From the NCBI GenBank assembly GCA_030426705.1, contig JAUHXW010000001.1, forward strand, positions 1-39,134: 39,134 nucleotides of DNA. Reading direction: 5' to 3'. The DNA comes from Gammaproteobacteria bacterium (lineage in GTDB: Bacteria; Pseudomonadota; Gammaproteobacteria; Xanthomonadales; Marinicellaceae). Positions 18,127 to 29,433 of the stretch are shown piece by piece (position 1 is the stretch's first letter; each line of letters begins with the position of its first letter). Both the position numbers and the translations under genes were made by a program. The notes beneath the pieces are model-generated. The model was given only the letters and a program-made list of their open reading frames with translations, was not told the origin of the DNA and ran no database searches.

Positions 18127-18659
18127 GATTCTTTAACTTTAATAAACATCCAAAGGATGGTGTAAATAAACAGACCTATAAAGCAGATCAACGTCCAGGT
18201 AGGCATGCTTAAGCCCCAAAAATCCCATTGAATATCGGCACAATTACCAGAGGCTTTGAGCACCGATGACACCGCATCCCAAATGGAGGAATTTTCCAAC
18301 ATCATTTGTAAACTGGGGCCACAATCTGGTATCAATTCTGGTGGTAAGCCTTGCATTCTGACATGGTGGCCTGCCAAACCGATACCACATGCCGTGGTCA
18401 CCAATATCAACACACCGAATACTTTTCTGCCCCAGTATTGAGCCGGTTTAAAACTAGCGAGTAAATACAACAGTCCAATACCGATAAACACCACCCTTTG
18501 TAAAATGCACAGATTACATGGCATAAGAAAAAGCACATGCTCTACATACAAGGCATAGGCCAACAGGCCAGCACAGGTTAAGAAGGGTAACAAGGTTAAC
18601 AATCTGAATTGATTTTTCGTCAATGGCGTTGTCAAAATTCCGGGCATTTTTAATGTCAT
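18123..18659 (-). CDS. dsbB: Disulfide bond formation protein B
   Basis: PCNLCILQR CxxC, four TM segments, periplasmic PDCGP...GNC; start moved to 18659 (alternative 18647). Confidence 0.92.
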   Translation of the reverse strand: MTLKMPGILTTPLTKNQFRLLTLLPFLTCAGLLAYALYVEHVLFLMPCNLCILQRVVFIGIGLLYLLASFKPAQYWGRKVFGVLILVTTACGIGLAGHHVRMQGLPPELIPDCGPSLQMMLENSSIWDAVSSVLKASGNCADIQWDFWGLSMPTWTLICFIGLFIYTILWMFIKVKES

Positions 18660-18738
18660 ATTTGATTCAAAGGTGTAGATTAACAAATATAGACATGCCA
18701 TAACACCTTTTATTCGATTTAGATATGAAATTTTAAAC

Positions 18739-18769
18739 AAAAAAAGCCCGGTTAAAACCAGGCTTTTTT
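18739..18769 (-). terminator. Rho-independent terminator after rplQ
   Basis: Minus strand aaaaaagcctggttttaaccgggcttttttt. Confidence 0.85.
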
Positions 18770-18789
18770 CAACATCTTGTAGAAACGGC

Positions 18790-19188
18790 TTATTCGCTGT
18801 CGTCAGCCACTTCAACAGCTTGCGATTTGATTGGACGATCAACCAATTCAACAAAAGCCATCGGTGCATTGTCACCAGCTCGGAAACCGCATTTCAGGAT
18901 GCGCAGGTAACCACCTGGACGTTCCTGGTAACGAGGACCCAATTCAGTGAACAATTTGTTGACCATTTCTTTGTTTCTTAATCTTGAGAAAGCCAAACGT
19001 CTGTTAGCCACAGAGTCAACTTTACCCAATGTGATTAATTTTTCGGCCACAGAGCGCAATTCTTTGGCTTTAGGAACAGTGGTTTTAATCAACTCATGCT
19101 CAAACAAAGATGCCGCCATATTTTTAAACATGGCTTTTCTGTGTGAAGAATTTCTATTTAATTTTCTACCTGATTTTCTATGACGCAT
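18790..19188 (-). CDS. rplQ: 50S ribosomal protein L17
   Basis: [20 protein letters not shown]. Confidence 0.99.
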   Translation of the reverse strand: MRHRKSGRKLNRNSSHRKAMFKNMAASLFEHELIKTTVPKAKELRSVAEKLITLGKVDSVANRRLAFSRLRNKEMVNKLFTELGPRYQERPGGYLRILKCGFRAGDNAPMAFVELVDRPIKSQAVEVADDSE

Positions 19189-19199
19189 GATATTGCCCC

Positions 19200-20195
19200 T
19201 TATCCGATAAGACGCTCAGCAGTACGAATCGCTGCTGGAGGCCAATTTTCTAAACGTACACCCAGAGTCAATCCCATCTCTGAAAGTACACCTTTGATTT
19301 CATTCAATGATTTTTTACCCAAGTTTGGAGTCTTCAATAACTCAACTTCAGTTCTTTGAATCAAATCACCAATGTATTGAATGTTTTCGGCTTTCAAACA
19401 ATTCGCAGAACGAACTGTCAATTCCAACTCATCAATTGGTTTCAAAAGAATCGGATTGAGTTTCTCTTCCTCTTCTTTTTCTTCAACTGTTGTTTCAATT
19501 TTGAAATCAATGAAGATGGCCATTTGCTCAACCAGAATTCTGGCAGCAGTACGAACCGCATCTTCAGCCGAAATAGAACCATCAGTGTCAATGTCCAAAA
19601 TCAATTTGTCCAAATTGGTTTTTTGGTGCAAACGTGCATTTTCAACTTCATAAGCCACACGCTTAACCGGACAGAAACTGGCATCCAGTACCAACTGACC
19701 GATAGGACGTGATTCTTCGTTTGAAATGCGGTTGGTTGATGGATCGTAACCCACACCTTTTTCAATTTTCAAACGCATTGAGATAGACGCTTTTTTATCC
19801 AAATGACAAATGTGTTGGTCTGGATTCGCCACTTCAACACCGTCAGGTAATTGAATATCAGCAGCGGTAACTTCCTGACCGGTTACATTAATCATAGCTT
19901 CTGCTTCATCACGATCCGGCATGATGAAAGACAAAGTTTTCAAATTCAACAGAATTTCAACGACGTCTTCTCTGACACCTTCCAAGGTAGAGAATTCGTG
20001 TTGTACACCATCAATGTTGACTTCTGTCACGGCACAGCCAGGAATCGAAGACAACAAGATTCTGCGGAACGCATTACCAATGGTGTGACCAAAGCCCCTT
20101 TCTAAAGGTTCAATGATGATTTTTGCACTGTAATCTGATCGTTCATTGACTTCAACCACTCTGGGTCGAAGTAATCTTGCTAATATGTCAGACAT
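19200..20195 (-). CDS. rpoA: RNA polymerase alpha subunit
   Basis: [28 protein letters not shown]. Confidence 0.99.
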   Translation of the reverse strand: MSDILARLLRPRVVEVNERSDYSAKIIIEPLERGFGHTIGNAFRRILLSSIPGCAVTEVNIDGVQHEFSTLEGVREDVVEILLNLKTLSFIMPDRDEAEAMINVTGQEVTAADIQLPDGVEVANPDQHICHLDKKASISMRLKIEKGVGYDPSTNRISNEESRPIGQLVLDASFCPVKRVAYEVENARLHQKTNLDKLILDIDTDGSISAEDAVRTAARILVEQMAIFIDFKIETTVEEKEEEEKLNPILLKPIDELELTVRSANCLKAENIQYIGDLIQRTEVELLKTPNLGKKSLNEIKGVLSEMGLTLGVRLENWPPAAIRTAERLIG

Positions 20196-20219
20196 AATAT
20201 TTCTCTCTATAAAGGGTTA

Positions 20220-20849
20220 TTATTTAGAGTAAAGCTCTACAATCAGGTTTTCGTTGATGTCAGCTGGTAATTCATCACGGTTAGGAACAGATTTGAACTG
20301 ACCAACCATTTTCGCTGCATCGACAGAAACCCAATCGGCGAATAAATTCATTTCGCCCCAAAGCTCTAATGCCTGTTTGATACGCAATTGTTTTTTAGAT
20401 TTTTCACGAATTTCCACTTCATCACCGGCTTTAACCTGGTAAGAAGGGATGTTACAAACTTGACCGTTAACCAAAATTGATTTGTGGCTCACCAATTGGC
20501 GTGCTTCATTTCTGGTCACAGCAAAACCCATGCGGTAAACCACGTTATCCAAACGTGATTCCAAAAGTTTCAACAGGTTTTCACCGGTTGCACCTTTTTG
20601 TCGGGCTGCTTTCTTGTAGTAGTTAACGAATTGCTTTTCCAACACACCGTAGGTACGACGAACTTTTTGTTTTTCGCGCAACTGCAAAGCGTAGTCAGAA
20701 GGTTTGTTTCTTTTCGCTGCCAAACCATGCTGTCCTGGAGGTACGTCAAGTTTACACTTGGTTTCCATCGCACGGGCTGGACTTTTAGTCATCAAATCGA
20801 CGCCTTCACGACGTGCCAATTTACATTTTGGACCTAAATATCTTGCCAT
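20220..20849 (-). CDS. rpsD: 30S ribosomal protein S4
   Basis: [16 protein letters not shown]...LIVELYSK. Confidence 0.99.
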   Translation of the reverse strand: MARYLGPKCKLARREGVDLMTKSPARAMETKCKLDVPPGQHGLAAKRNKPSDYALQLREKQKVRRTYGVLEKQFVNYYKKAARQKGATGENLLKLLESRLDNVVYRMGFAVTRNEARQLVSHKSILVNGQVCNIPSYQVKAGDEVEIREKSKKQLRIKQALELWGEMNLFADWVSVDAAKMVGQFKSVPNRDELPADINENLIVELYSK

Positions 20850-20860
20850 TTTATATCTCC

Positions 20861-21247
20861 TTACACCCTACGTCTTTTCGGTGGTCTACAACCATTGTGA
20901 GGAATTGGTGTAATATCAATGATGTTGGTTACACGAAAACCTAAGGCGTTCAATGCTCTAACAGATGATTCTCTGCCTGGACCTGGACCTTTAATTCGAA
21001 CTTCAATGTTTTTCATACCGTATTCCTTAGCCACTTGACCTGCTCTATCAGCAGCTACCTGTGCAGCAAATGGGGTACTTTTTCTTGAACCTCTAAATCC
21101 AGACCCACCAGCCGTTGCCCACGACAAACCATTACCTTGTCTGTCAGTGATCGTGATGATGGTATTGTTGAAAGACGCGTGTACATGTGCGATGCCGTCA
21201 ACAACAGTTCTCTTAATTTTCTTTTTAGTTTTTTGTGGTCTTGCCAT
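20861..21247 (-). CDS. rpsK: 30S ribosomal protein S11
   Basis: [21 protein letters not shown]. Confidence 0.99.
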   Translation of the reverse strand: MARPQKTKKKIKRTVVDGIAHVHASFNNTIITITDRQGNGLSWATAGGSGFRGSRKSTPFAAQVAADRAGQVAKEYGMKNIEVRIKGPGPGRESSVRALNALGFRVTNIIDITPIPHNGCRPPKRRRV

Positions 21248-21294
21248 TACAATTCTCTAATCTGATATCGCTATTAATATAAAATGTATATTAA

Positions 21295-21651
21295 TTAACG
21301 TTTAATTGGTTTTTTAGGACCTTTACGCGTACGCGCATTCGTTTTGGTTTTTTGACCACGAACAGGCAAGCCTCTTCTGTGTCTTAAACCACGATAACAT
21401 CCCAAATCCATCAATCTTTTGATGTCCATAGCAACTTCACGACGCAAGTCACCTTCTACATCAAATTCAGCCACTTCTGCACGAAGCTTATCTAAGGCGT
21501 CTTCATCCAATTGCCCAATTTTTTGAGCTGGATCAACACCTGCTTTTTCGCATATCGCATAGGCTCTGGTTCGGCCGATACCATAAATACTGGTCAGACC
21601 AATCCAGGCATGCTTATGCACTGGTATATTTACACCCGCAATACGAGCCAT
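21295..21651 (-). CDS. rpsM: 30S ribosomal protein S13
   Basis: [27 protein letters not shown]. Confidence 0.99.
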   Translation of the reverse strand: MARIAGVNIPVHKHAWIGLTSIYGIGRTRAYAICEKAGVDPAQKIGQLDEDALDKLRAEVAEFDVEGDLRREVAMDIKRLMDLGCYRGLRHRRGLPVRGQKTKTNARTRKGPKKPIKR

Positions 21652-21773
21652 TTTTTACTCCTTAATTCCTCAAAAAAAACAAAAAATTAATTATAAAATC
21701 AATGATTTGCTCTTTAATTACACAAAAAGGTCTGAAAGACCTTGATTCTTTGCGCCTTCGCGAAAGGGCGCAA

Positions 21774-21802
21774 ATTATATACCAACCAATAAAGCAATGC
21801 CA
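21774..21802 (-). promoter_or_regulatory. Probable sigma70 promoter of the alpha operon
   Basis: TGGCAT-17 bp-TATAAT then GC-rich discriminator ttgcgccc; leader hairpin at 21749-21774. Confidence 0.55.
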
Positions 21803-21849
21803 TTATTTTTTCAAACAATGGCAAAGCTTTAAATATTGATGTTTATTAC

Positions 21850-23205
21850 TTACCGGCGAATCCGTGTGGAACGTTGGTAATTTTTAATGTTTGATTTCTT
21901 CAGCACTGAATCATATTGCTGAGAAACCAAGTGGTTTTGCAGTTGCGCCATGAAGTCCATAGCCACCACCACAACAATCAGTAATCCGGTACCACCCAAT
22001 GCGAACGGCACTGTGATGAAATTACTCATAACGTCTGGTAGCAAGCTCACACCCAACAGGTACATAGAACCCCAGAAGGTCACTCTGTTCAATACGCTGT
22101 CAAGGTAAGTTGAAGTCTGTTTGCCTGGACGAATACCTGGAATCACCGCACTTTGACGTTTCAAATTATCAGCAGTCTCATCTGAGTTAAATGTCAACCC
22201 TGTATAAAAATAAGCAAAGAAGACAATCAGACCACCAAATAATATCATGTATAAAGTATTACCTGGTGTTAACTGCTGTGAAATGTCCTGTAACCAACCT
22301 AAACCTTCTCTGGTTCCTGCAAAGTTAGCAATAGAACTAGGCAACATGATTAAAGCCGAAGCAAATATCACTGGGATTACGCCAGACATGTTGACTTTAA
22401 GCGGTAAGTAGGAAGTTTGTGCCTGAGTGGCCTGACGACCACCACGACGTGCAAACTGCATGGTGATGCGACGCTGACCTCTTTCGACAAATACAATGAA
22501 AGCTGTCAAAGCCAATGCCAATACCATCAGGAAGATTGCCCACAAGGCATTCAATTGACCTTCGCTCACCAACTGGAATACCGACACCACTGCACTAGGC
22601 AAACCAACCACAATACCCGCAAAAATCAATAATGAAATACCGTTACCGATGCCACGCTCTGTGATTTGTTCACCCAACCACATCAAAAACATGGTACCAC
22701 CTGTCAACGACACTGTCGCTGTGAACAGGAAGCCAAACCCTGGTTGTGGAACAACCGGAATTCCCGCTGTATCTAGAGATTGCAATGCTGATGTGATGGT
22801 GAAGGATTGAACCGCAGCCAAAACAATGGTGAAGTATCGGGTGTACTGGGTGATCTTACGACGACCGGTATCACCTTCTTTCTTCATTTCTCGTAAGGCA
22901 GGTACGGTATGACCCAATATCTGCATGATAATCGATGCCGTGATATAAGGCATCACGCCCAAAGCAAATATCGAATAACGTCCCAATGCACCACCTGAGA
23001 ACATGTTGAACATGTCCAGTAAGCCACCTGAATTTTGTTTTAACAATTCAGCCATGGCAGCCGGGTTAACGCCAGGAACAGGTAAAAAAGTACCCATTCG
23101 ATAAATGATTAATGCACCAATTACAAATAAAATTCGGCTTTTTAATTCACTCAAGCCTTTTTTATTACCGAGTAACTTTTCTACTTGTTCTTGTCTGCTT
23201 GACAT
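21850..23205 (-). CDS. secY: Preprotein translocase subunit SecY
   Basis: SIFALGVMPYITASII, WLGEQITERGIGNGIS, IPGIRPG. Confidence 0.99.
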   Translation of the reverse strand: MSSRQEQVEKLLGNKKGLSELKSRILFVIGALIIYRMGTFLPVPGVNPAAMAELLKQNSGGLLDMFNMFSGGALGRYSIFALGVMPYITASIIMQILGHTVPALREMKKEGDTGRRKITQYTRYFTIVLAAVQSFTITSALQSLDTAGIPVVPQPGFGFLFTATVSLTGGTMFLMWLGEQITERGIGNGISLLIFAGIVVGLPSAVVSVFQLVSEGQLNALWAIFLMVLALALTAFIVFVERGQRRITMQFARRGGRQATQAQTSYLPLKVNMSGVIPVIFASALIMLPSSIANFAGTREGLGWLQDISQQLTPGNTLYMILFGGLIVFFAYFYTGLTFNSDETADNLKRQSAVIPGIRPGKQTSTYLDSVLNRVTFWGSMYLLGVSLLPDVMSNFITVPFALGGTGLLIVVVVAMDFMAQLQNHLVSQQYDSVLKKSNIKNYQRSTRIRR

Positions 23206-23207
23206 GG

Positions 23208-23639
23208 TTATTCTACTTTTCCGCCAGCTTTTTCAATTGCTTCTTGAGCACCCTTGGTTACTTGCAAACCTTTCAAATTAACAGCTTTTTCAATGCTGCC
23301 TGTGTTGATGACTTTAACTTTAGTCACACCACGTTTGACCAGGTTGTTTTCAATCAAGTAGTTCAAATCAATGTCAGTCGCATCTACACTGTTCAGGTGA
23401 TACAAACACAATTCTGCACGTGTATCTGCCATTTTTGAGGTAAATCCGTACTTAGGCAATCTTTTGTGGATTGGCAATTGACCACCCTCAAAACCCACTT
23501 TGTGGAAACCACCTGAGCGAGATTTTTGACCTTTATGACCACGACCACAAGTTTTACCTGAGCCAGAACCGATACCACGGCCAACACGTTTGCCGGCTTT
23601 GGTAGCACCTTCTGCTGGTTTAATTGTATTTAATTTCAT
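23208..23639 (-). CDS. rplO: 50S ribosomal protein L15
   Basis: [24 protein letters not shown]. Confidence 0.99.
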   Translation of the reverse strand: MKLNTIKPAEGATKAGKRVGRGIGSGSGKTCGRGHKGQKSRSGGFHKVGFEGGQLPIHKRLPKYGFTSKMADTRAELCLYHLNSVDATDIDLNYLIENNLVKRGVTKVKVINTGSIEKAVNLKGLQVTKGAQEAIEKAGGKVE

Positions 23640-23656
23640 AGTTTTTCCACCTACGA

Positions 23657-23857
23657 TTATTTAACTTCTTCAACTTTTAACAGATGAATAGCTGCGTTAA
23701 TCATTCCCATGTTTTCAGGTGTTGCATCAACCACACGTGATTGGTGCATTTTTCTGATACCGAGTCCTCTGACACAGGCTTTGTGATTAGCCAATGATTT
23801 GTTGGTACTTTTAATTTGTGTCACTTTAACTTGACCAACTTTCTTTGCTTTTGCCAC
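23657..23857 (-). CDS. rpmD: 50S ribosomal protein L30; start uncertain, GTG at 23857 proposed
   Basis: VKVTQIKS...[12 protein letters not shown]...TPENMGMI; sits between rpsE and rplO. Confidence 0.9.
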   Translation of the reverse strand: MAKAKKVGQVKVTQIKSTNKSLANHKACVRGLGIRKMHQSRVVDATPENMGMINAAIHLLKVEEVK

Positions 23858-24341
23858 GTTTAGCAGCAATGGTTTCTGGTGAAGTCATTTGTTGCAAACC
23901 TTTGATGGTTGCTCTGACCAGGTTAATCGGGTTGTTAGAACCTTGTGATTTAGCCAAAACGTTCTCAACACCAACCACGTCGAATACTGCACGCATCGCA
24001 CCACCGGCAATTACACCGGTACCTTCAGATGCAGGTTGCATGTATACGCGAGAGCCTGAGTGTTTTGCTTTGGTGGCATGCCACAAAGTGTTGCCTTTCA
24101 AGTCAACTTGTGTGGTGTTGCGTCTGGCTTGATCCATGGCTTTTTGAATGGCTACCGGTACTTCTTTCGCTTTACCATAACCAAAACCAATGGTGCCTTT
24201 ACCGTCACCAACAACAGTCAAAGCAGCAAAACCAAATTGTCTACCACCTTTAACCACTTTAGCCACACGATTAACTGCGACCAAACGCTCTAACAAGTTA
24301 TCGCCTTGATCCTTGTCCATATTTTTTCTTTTATCACTCAT
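23826..24341 (-). CDS. rpsE: 30S ribosomal protein S5
   Basis: [24 protein letters not shown]. Confidence 0.99.
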   Translation of the reverse strand: MSDKRKNMDKDQGDNLLERLVAVNRVAKVVKGGRQFGFAALTVVGDGKGTIGFGYGKAKEVPVAIQKAMDQARRNTTQVDLKGNTLWHATKAKHSGSRVYMQPASEGTGVIAGGAMRAVFDVVGVENVLAKSQGSNNPINLVRATIKGLQQMTSPETIAAKRGKSKESWSS

Positions 24342-24697
24342 CAGAATTTCAACCCCGCTTCACGTGCAGCTTCTGCCAAAGCTTTGACTTTTCCATGATA
24401 GATATAACCTGATCTATCAAACCCAACAGATTCAATACCTGCTTTCTTGGCTTTTTCAGCAATTGCTGCACCGACTGCTTTAGCCGCATCGATGTTGGTG
24501 CGAGAAGCACCGTCAGCAACCAAACCTTTGTCTTTGGTTGAAGCTGATACAAGTGTTGATTTACCATCGCCAGCAAAAATTTGTGCGTATAAGTGTTGAC
24601 CGGTTTTGTGTACTGACAAAGCAGGCACACCCAGTTCACGCAATTTGCTTCTGGTTTTGGTTGCTTTTTTGATTCTATGTAAATTCTTCTTATGCAT
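24341..24697 (-). CDS. rplR: 50S ribosomal protein L18
   Basis: [26 protein letters not shown]. Confidence 0.98.
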   Translation of the reverse strand: MHKKNLHRIKKATKTRSKLRELGVPALSVHKTGQHLYAQIFAGDGKSTLVSASTKDKGLVADGASRTNIDAAKAVGAAIAEKAKKAGIESVGFDRSGYIYHGKVKALAEAAREAGLKF

Positions 24698-24716
24698 AAT
24701 TATTCACAAGTAAGCG

Positions 24717-25244
24717 TTACGCTTTCTTGGCCTCTTTTCTGTACAATCTTTCATCAGCATATTTAACACCTTTACCTTTATAAGGCTCTGGTGGTCTGAT
24801 CGCTCTGATTTCTGCAGCCACTTGACCAACAACCTGTTTATCTGTGCCATTCACCACAATTTCTGTTTGTGATGGGGTTTCAAAAGAGATGCCTTCACGA
24901 GCAGGATAAATCACTGGATGAGAAAAACCGAGGTTCAAATCCAAATCTTTACCTTTCATGGCCACACGATAACCAACGCCGACCAATTGCAGCTTTTTAG
25001 AAAAGCCATTGGTCACACCTTCAACCATATTATTGATTAAAGAACGCATGGTACCTGCCATGTAAATCATGTCATCGCTGCTGGGTGAAACCAACAACTC
25101 GCCATCTTTTTGTTCAACAGTAACAGACTCATGCAAGTTCATAGATAACTCGCCTTTTGGCCCTTTAACTGTAACCACATTGTCTTTGATTTCAAAATTG
25201 ATTTTTGAATCTAAAGCAATGGGCTGTTTTGCAATTCTTGACAT
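24717..25244 (-). CDS. rplF: 50S ribosomal protein L6
   Basis: MSRIAKQP, RPPEPYKGKG. Confidence 0.99.
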   Translation of the reverse strand: MSRIAKQPIALDSKINFEIKDNVVTVKGPKGELSMNLHESVTVEQKDGELLVSPSSDDMIYMAGTMRSLINNMVEGVTNGFSKKLQLVGVGYRVAMKGKDLDLNLGFSHPVIYPAREGISFETPSQTEIVVNGTDKQVVGQVAAEIRAIRPPEPYKGKGVKYADERLYRKEAKKA

Positions 25245-25256
25245 GCTATGCTCCCT

Positions 25257-25652
25257 TTACTTAACGACGCAAAGGACTTCACCACCAACTTGTGCAGCAC
25301 GGGCTGACTTGTCGGTCATGATACCTTTCGATGTTGAGACAATTGCAGTACCTAAGCCTGCATCAACGCGAGGCAATTCATCTTTACCACGGTATTGTCT
25401 TAAACCTGGCTTACTGACTCTTTTGATCATCTCGATTACAGGTTTGTTTCTGTAATATTTGATGTTGATTTTGATGAAAGGATGATTATCCTTTTCAACC
25501 ACTTCAAAAGATCTGATGTAGCCTTCCTGTTGTAATACTGACAAAATACCTTTTTTCAAGCTTGAAGCAGGTGTGACAGTACTTTCTTTATTGACAGCTT
25601 GCGCATTCTTGATGCTACAAATCATGTCTGAAATTGGATCACTTAAACTCAT
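25257..25652 (-). CDS. rpsH: 30S ribosomal protein S8
   Basis: DPISDM, RVSKPGLR, STSKGIMTD. Confidence 0.99.
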   Translation of the reverse strand: MSLSDPISDMICSIKNAQAVNKESTVTPASSLKKGILSVLQQEGYIRSFEVVEKDNHPFIKINIKYYRNKPVIEMIKRVSKPGLRQYRGKDELPRVDAGLGTAIVSTSKGIMTDKSARAAQVGGEVLCVVK

Positions 25653-25667
25653 AATCTATTCTCTCAA

Positions 25668-25973
25668 TTACCAACTGGCTTTTTTCAAACCAGGAATGTC
25701 ACCACGCATGGCAGCTTCACGGAATTTGGTTTTACTCAAACCAAATTTATTGTAGTAACCACGCGGTCTGCCTGAAACTTGACAACGCTTACGCATTCTC
25801 GAAGGAGATGCATTGCGAGGCAGTTTCTGCAAAGCTTCTTGTGCTTCCATCATTTGCTCAAACGTGGTATTCGGATCAGCAATGATTTTTTTAATAGCCG
25901 CACGTTTAGCAGCATATTTTGCAACGATTCTTTTTCTTTTCAGGTCACGTTGGACCATTGATTCTTTAGCCAT
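25668..25973 (-). CDS. rpsN: 30S ribosomal protein S14 (long form)
   Basis: 101 aa, [20 protein letters not shown]. Confidence 0.99.
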   Translation of the reverse strand: MAKESMVQRDLKRKRIVAKYAAKRAAIKKIIADPNTTFEQMMEAQEALQKLPRNASPSRMRKRCQVSGRPRGYYNKFGLSKTKFREAAMRGDIPGLKKASW

Positions 25974-25978
25974 CTTAA

Positions 25979-26521
25979 TTACCTACCTTTGAATGGGAAA
26001 TCAAATTGATCCAGCAACATGCGAGCTTCCTCGTCATTCTTTGCTGTGGTCGTGATACAAATATCCAAACCACGTATTGCATCAATTTTGTCATATTCGA
26101 TTTCAGGGAATATGATTTGCTCTTTCACACCCATGGAATAATTGCCTCTGCCGTCAAAAGACTTGGGATTCAAACCACGGAAGTCTCTTACACGAGGCAA
26201 AGAAACATTCACTAAACGGTCTAAAAACTCATACATTTTTTGACGTCTTAGGGTGACTTTACAACCAATTGGCCAACCGTCACGGATTTTAAAACCCGCT
26301 ACCGATTTTTTAGCCAGTGTAACCACAGGTTTTTGACCTGCAATCTTGGCCATGTCATCAGTTGCATGCGTTAATATTTTTTTGTTTCCAACAGCTTCAC
26401 CAACACCCATGTTTAAGGTGATCTTGGTGATTTTAGGTACTTCCATGACATTGGCAAATTTGCCAGTTTCCATCAGCTTAGGAACCACTTCATCTTTATA
26501 GTATTTTTCTAATCTAGCCAT
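25979..26521 (-). CDS. rplE: 50S ribosomal protein L5
   Basis: [20 protein letters not shown]. Confidence 0.99.
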   Translation of the reverse strand: MARLEKYYKDEVVPKLMETGKFANVMEVPKITKITLNMGVGEAVGNKKILTHATDDMAKIAGQKPVVTLAKKSVAGFKIRDGWPIGCKVTLRRQKMYEFLDRLVNVSLPRVRDFRGLNPKSFDGRGNYSMGVKEQIIFPEIEYDKIDAIRGLDICITTTAKNDEEARMLLDQFDFPFKGR

Positions 26522-26531
26522 AATAATTCTC

Positions 26532-26849
26532 TTAAGCGTCTACCACTTCACCGTTGGATTTGAAAACGCGAACTTTTTTGCCGTTTTCCAAAACTTTGAA
26601 TCCAACCCTTTCACCTTTACCGGACGCAGGATTATACAGCATGACATTAGAAGCATGAATAGGTGCTTCTTTGGTTTTGATGCCGCCTTTTTCCTCGATT
26701 TGAGGATTTGGCTTAACATGCTTTTTAACTGTATTTACGTTGTTGACCAGTAAACGACCGTCTTGCATAACTTTTAGTACGTTACCTCTTTGGCCTTTAC
26801 TGCGTCCTGCGATTACGATGACTTCGTCACCTTGTTTAATTCTTTGCAT
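26532..26849 (-). CDS. rplX: 50S ribosomal protein L24
   Basis: [18 protein letters not shown]. Confidence 0.99.
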   Translation of the reverse strand: MQRIKQGDEVIVIAGRSKGQRGNVLKVMQDGRLLVNNVNTVKKHVKPNPQIEEKGGIKTKEAPIHASNVMLYNPASGKGERVGFKVLENGKKVRVFKSNGEVVDA

Positions 26850-26859
26850 AATCGTTTCC

Positions 26860-27228
26860 TTATAATACTTCTGGTGCCAATGAAATAATTTTCATGAAAT
26901 TACCAGATCTTAGTTCACGAGTAACAGGGCCAAAGATACGGGTACCTATGGGTTCCAACTTAGAGTTCAACATAACCACAGCATTACCATCGAAACGAAT
27001 CAAAGAGCCGTCAGAACGTCTGACACCTTTTTTGGTTCTTACGATCACTGCGTTGTAAACTTCACCTTTTTTGACCTTGCCACGAGGTATGGCTTGCTTA
27101 ACGGAAACCTTAATGATGTCTCCGATACCAGCATAACGACGTTTTGAGCCACCCAATACTTTAATACATTGGACTTCTTTGGCACCTGAATTGTCGGCTG
27201 CTGATAATCTTGATTGCATTTGTATCAT
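26860..27228 (-). CDS. rplN: 50S ribosomal protein L14
   Basis: [17 protein letters not shown]. Confidence 0.99.
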   Translation of the reverse strand: MIQMQSRLSAADNSGAKEVQCIKVLGGSKRRYAGIGDIIKVSVKQAIPRGKVKKGEVYNAVIVRTKKGVRRSDGSLIRFDGNAVVMLNSKLEPIGTRIFGPVTRELRSGNFMKIISLAPEVL

Positions 27229-27240
27229 CGTCAGTACCTC

Positions 27241-27501
27241 TTATTTAGCTGATTCAACAATCTCAACCACTTTCCAAGACTTGGTCTTTGAAATGGGTCG
27301 ACATTCAGCGATTTTTACGAAATCGCCTTGTTGACATTTGTTATCCGGATCGTGCGCATGAATCTTGGTAGATTTTTTCACATACTTCCCATACAAAGGA
27401 TGTTTGATTTTACGCTCAATCATTACTGTTACGGTTTGATCCATTTTGTCACTGGTAACCACACCGCTTTTAGTTTTTTGTTCTTTATTCACTGTAGTCA
27501 T
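27241..27501 (-). CDS. rpsQ: 30S ribosomal protein S17
   Basis: [24 protein letters not shown]. Confidence 0.99.
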   Translation of the reverse strand: MTTVNKEQKTKSGVVTSDKMDQTVTVMIERKIKHPLYGKYVKKSTKIHAHDPDNKCQQGDFVKIAECRPISKTKSWKVVEIVESAK

Positions 27502-27505
27502 GACA

Positions 27506-27694
27506 TTATCCTTTCACTTGGTTCATAACAGTTCTGACGCGAGCGATGTCTCTACGAACTTCACGCAACAGATGTACCTTAGTTAATTGACCATTACCAC
27601 GAGCCATTCTTAAATCGAATTGCTTTTGTAACAGTTTGTTTAACTCTTCCTGCAAATTTGCAAGGTCTTTTGTTCTTAATTCTTTAGCTTGCAT
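27506..27694 (-). CDS. rpmC: 50S ribosomal protein L29
   Basis: [15 protein letters not shown]. Confidence 0.98.
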   Translation of the reverse strand: MQAKELRTKDLANLQEELNKLLQKQFDLRMARGNGQLTKVHLLREVRRDIARVRTVMNQVKG

Positions 27695-28108
27695 TTACAT
27701 CACCACACGTTTAACAAAGGTTGTAGCAACAGGGAATTTTGCACCTGCTTTTTCAAAAGCTGCTCTGGCCATTTCTTCAGAAACCCCTTGGATTTCATAA
27801 ATGACTTTGCCAGGTTTAATGGCAGCTGCCCAATGGTCTATGTTACCTTTACCTTTACCCATACGAACCTCAATAGGTTTGGCTGTGATTGGTTTGTCAG
27901 GGAACACACGAATCCACAATTTACCGCCACGTTTAACGTGTCTGGTAATGGCACGACGACCTGCTTCGATTTGACGAGCGGTCAACAGACCACGTGTAGT
28001 GGCTTTCAATCCAAAATCACCAAAACTTACTTTGTTACCAGCATGTGATAAACCACGGTTTCGGCCTTTCTGATATTTTCTGTATTTAGTTCTTTTCGGC
28101 TGTAACAT
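27695..28108 (-). CDS. rplP: 50S ribosomal protein L16
   Basis: [19 protein letters not shown]. Confidence 0.99.
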   Translation of the reverse strand: MLQPKRTKYRKYQKGRNRGLSHAGNKVSFGDFGLKATTRGLLTARQIEAGRRAITRHVKRGGKLWIRVFPDKPITAKPIEVRMGKGKGNIDHWAAAIKPGKVIYEIQGVSEEMARAAFEKAGAKFPVATTFVKRVVM

Positions 28109-28797
28109 TATTTTTTACCCCGACTTTTCTTGCTTGATTTTTTGTCAGATTCACTGGTGTATGATTCCAAATCAAAGACTTCACCTTTGTAAATCCAGAC
28201 TTTAATACCAATCACACCATAGGTGGTGTAGGCTTTGGCTGTAGAATAATCAATGTCTGCACGCAATGTGTGCAAAGGCACCTGACCTTCTCTGTACCAC
28301 TCAGTACGAGCGATTTCAGCACCGTTCAAACGACCAGCAACTGCAACACGAATACCCAAAGCGCCCAATCTCATGGCACTGGATACTGCGCGTTTCATGG
28401 CGCGTCTGAACATGATACGACGCTCTAATTGTGAAGCGATACCTTCAGCAACCAAACGTGCATCTAATTCAGGTTTTCTGATTTCATTGACACTGACGTG
28501 AGTTGGCAAACCCATCATTTTTGACAAGGTGTTTTTCAACTTCTCAATGTCTTCACCTTTTTTACCAATCACAATACCAGGTCTGGCAGTGTGAATGGTG
28601 ACACGAGCATTCTTAGCCGGTCTTTCAATTTCAATTTTGCTGATTGAAGCGTGCTTCAATTCTTTGTGCAAATACTCTCTGACTTTGATGTCTTTAACGA
28701 GTTGATCAGCAAATTGCCCTTTTTCTGCATACCATTTGGAATTGTGTTGTTTTGAAATTCCTAAACGGATGCCTATTGGATGTACTTTTTGACCCAT
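28108..28797 (-). CDS. rpsC: 30S ribosomal protein S3
   Basis: [25 protein letters not shown]. Confidence 0.99.
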   Translation of the reverse strand: MGQKVHPIGIRLGISKQHNSKWYAEKGQFADQLVKDIKVREYLHKELKHASISKIEIERPAKNARVTIHTARPGIVIGKKGEDIEKLKNTLSKMMGLPTHVSVNEIRKPELDARLVAEGIASQLERRIMFRRAMKRAVSSAMRLGALGIRVAVAGRLNGAEIARTEWYREGQVPLHTLRADIDYSTAKAYTTYGVIGIKVWIYKGEVFDLESYTSESDKKSSKKSRGKK

Positions 28798-28807
28798 AAT
28801 TCTGCCT

Positions 28808-29143
28808 TTACGATGCTTCAGCCACTTTTACAGTGATGTGGCTGGTTCTTTTTAAAATTCGTGTGCCTCTGCCTTTGGCTCTGGCTCGACCTCTTTTCAG
28901 GGTAGGGCCTTCATCAACATAGATGGAACTGACGAATAATTCATCCACATCCATGCCGTTGTTGTGCTCGGCATTGGCCACGGCTGACATCAACGCTTTC
29001 TTAACGATACGCGCGGCTTTTTTGGGACTGAAAGTCAACAACTGTTCAGCTTGCTCAACATTCATGCCTCTGATTTGATTGGCAACCAATCGAACTTTTT
29101 GAGCAGAAATGTTGGCTCTTTTTAATTTAGCTACGATTTCCAT
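28808..29143 (-). CDS. rplV: 50S ribosomal protein L22
   Basis: [22 protein letters not shown]. Confidence 0.99.
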   Translation of the reverse strand: MEIVAKLKRANISAQKVRLVANQIRGMNVEQAEQLLTFSPKKAARIVKKALMSAVANAEHNNGMDVDELFVSSIYVDEGPTLKRGRARAKGRGTRILKRTSHITVKVAEAS

Positions 29144-29424
29144 TATTTCCTCCCCTTCGCTTTTTTATCAGCAATGTGAGATCTGAAAGTACGGGTTGGT
29201 GAAAACTCACCCAACTTGTGTCCGACCATTTCTTCAGAAATTAAAACTGGAACGTGTTGCTTCCCATTGTGTACAGCCAACGTCAAACCAACCATTTCAG
29301 GAAGAATCATAGATCTTCTTGACCAGGTTTTGATCGGTCGCTTGCTGTTTTCTTCTACGGCCTTGTTCACTGCTTTCATCAATGAGATGTCTACAAATGG
29401 GCCTTTTTTAAGTGATCTTGGCAT
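29143..29424 (-). CDS. rpsS: 30S ribosomal protein S19
   Basis: [17 protein letters not shown]. Confidence 0.99.
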   Translation of the reverse strand: MPRSLKKGPFVDISLMKAVNKAVEENSKRPIKTWSRRSMILPEMVGLTLAVHNGKQHVPVLISEEMVGHKLGEFSPTRTFRSHIADKKAKGRK

Positions 29425-29433
29425 AAAACTACC

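Noticed and set aside
18660-18875. N-terminal extension of dsbB in the ORF track
   Set aside because: Overlaps rplQ and its terminator; DsbB-like sequence starts later
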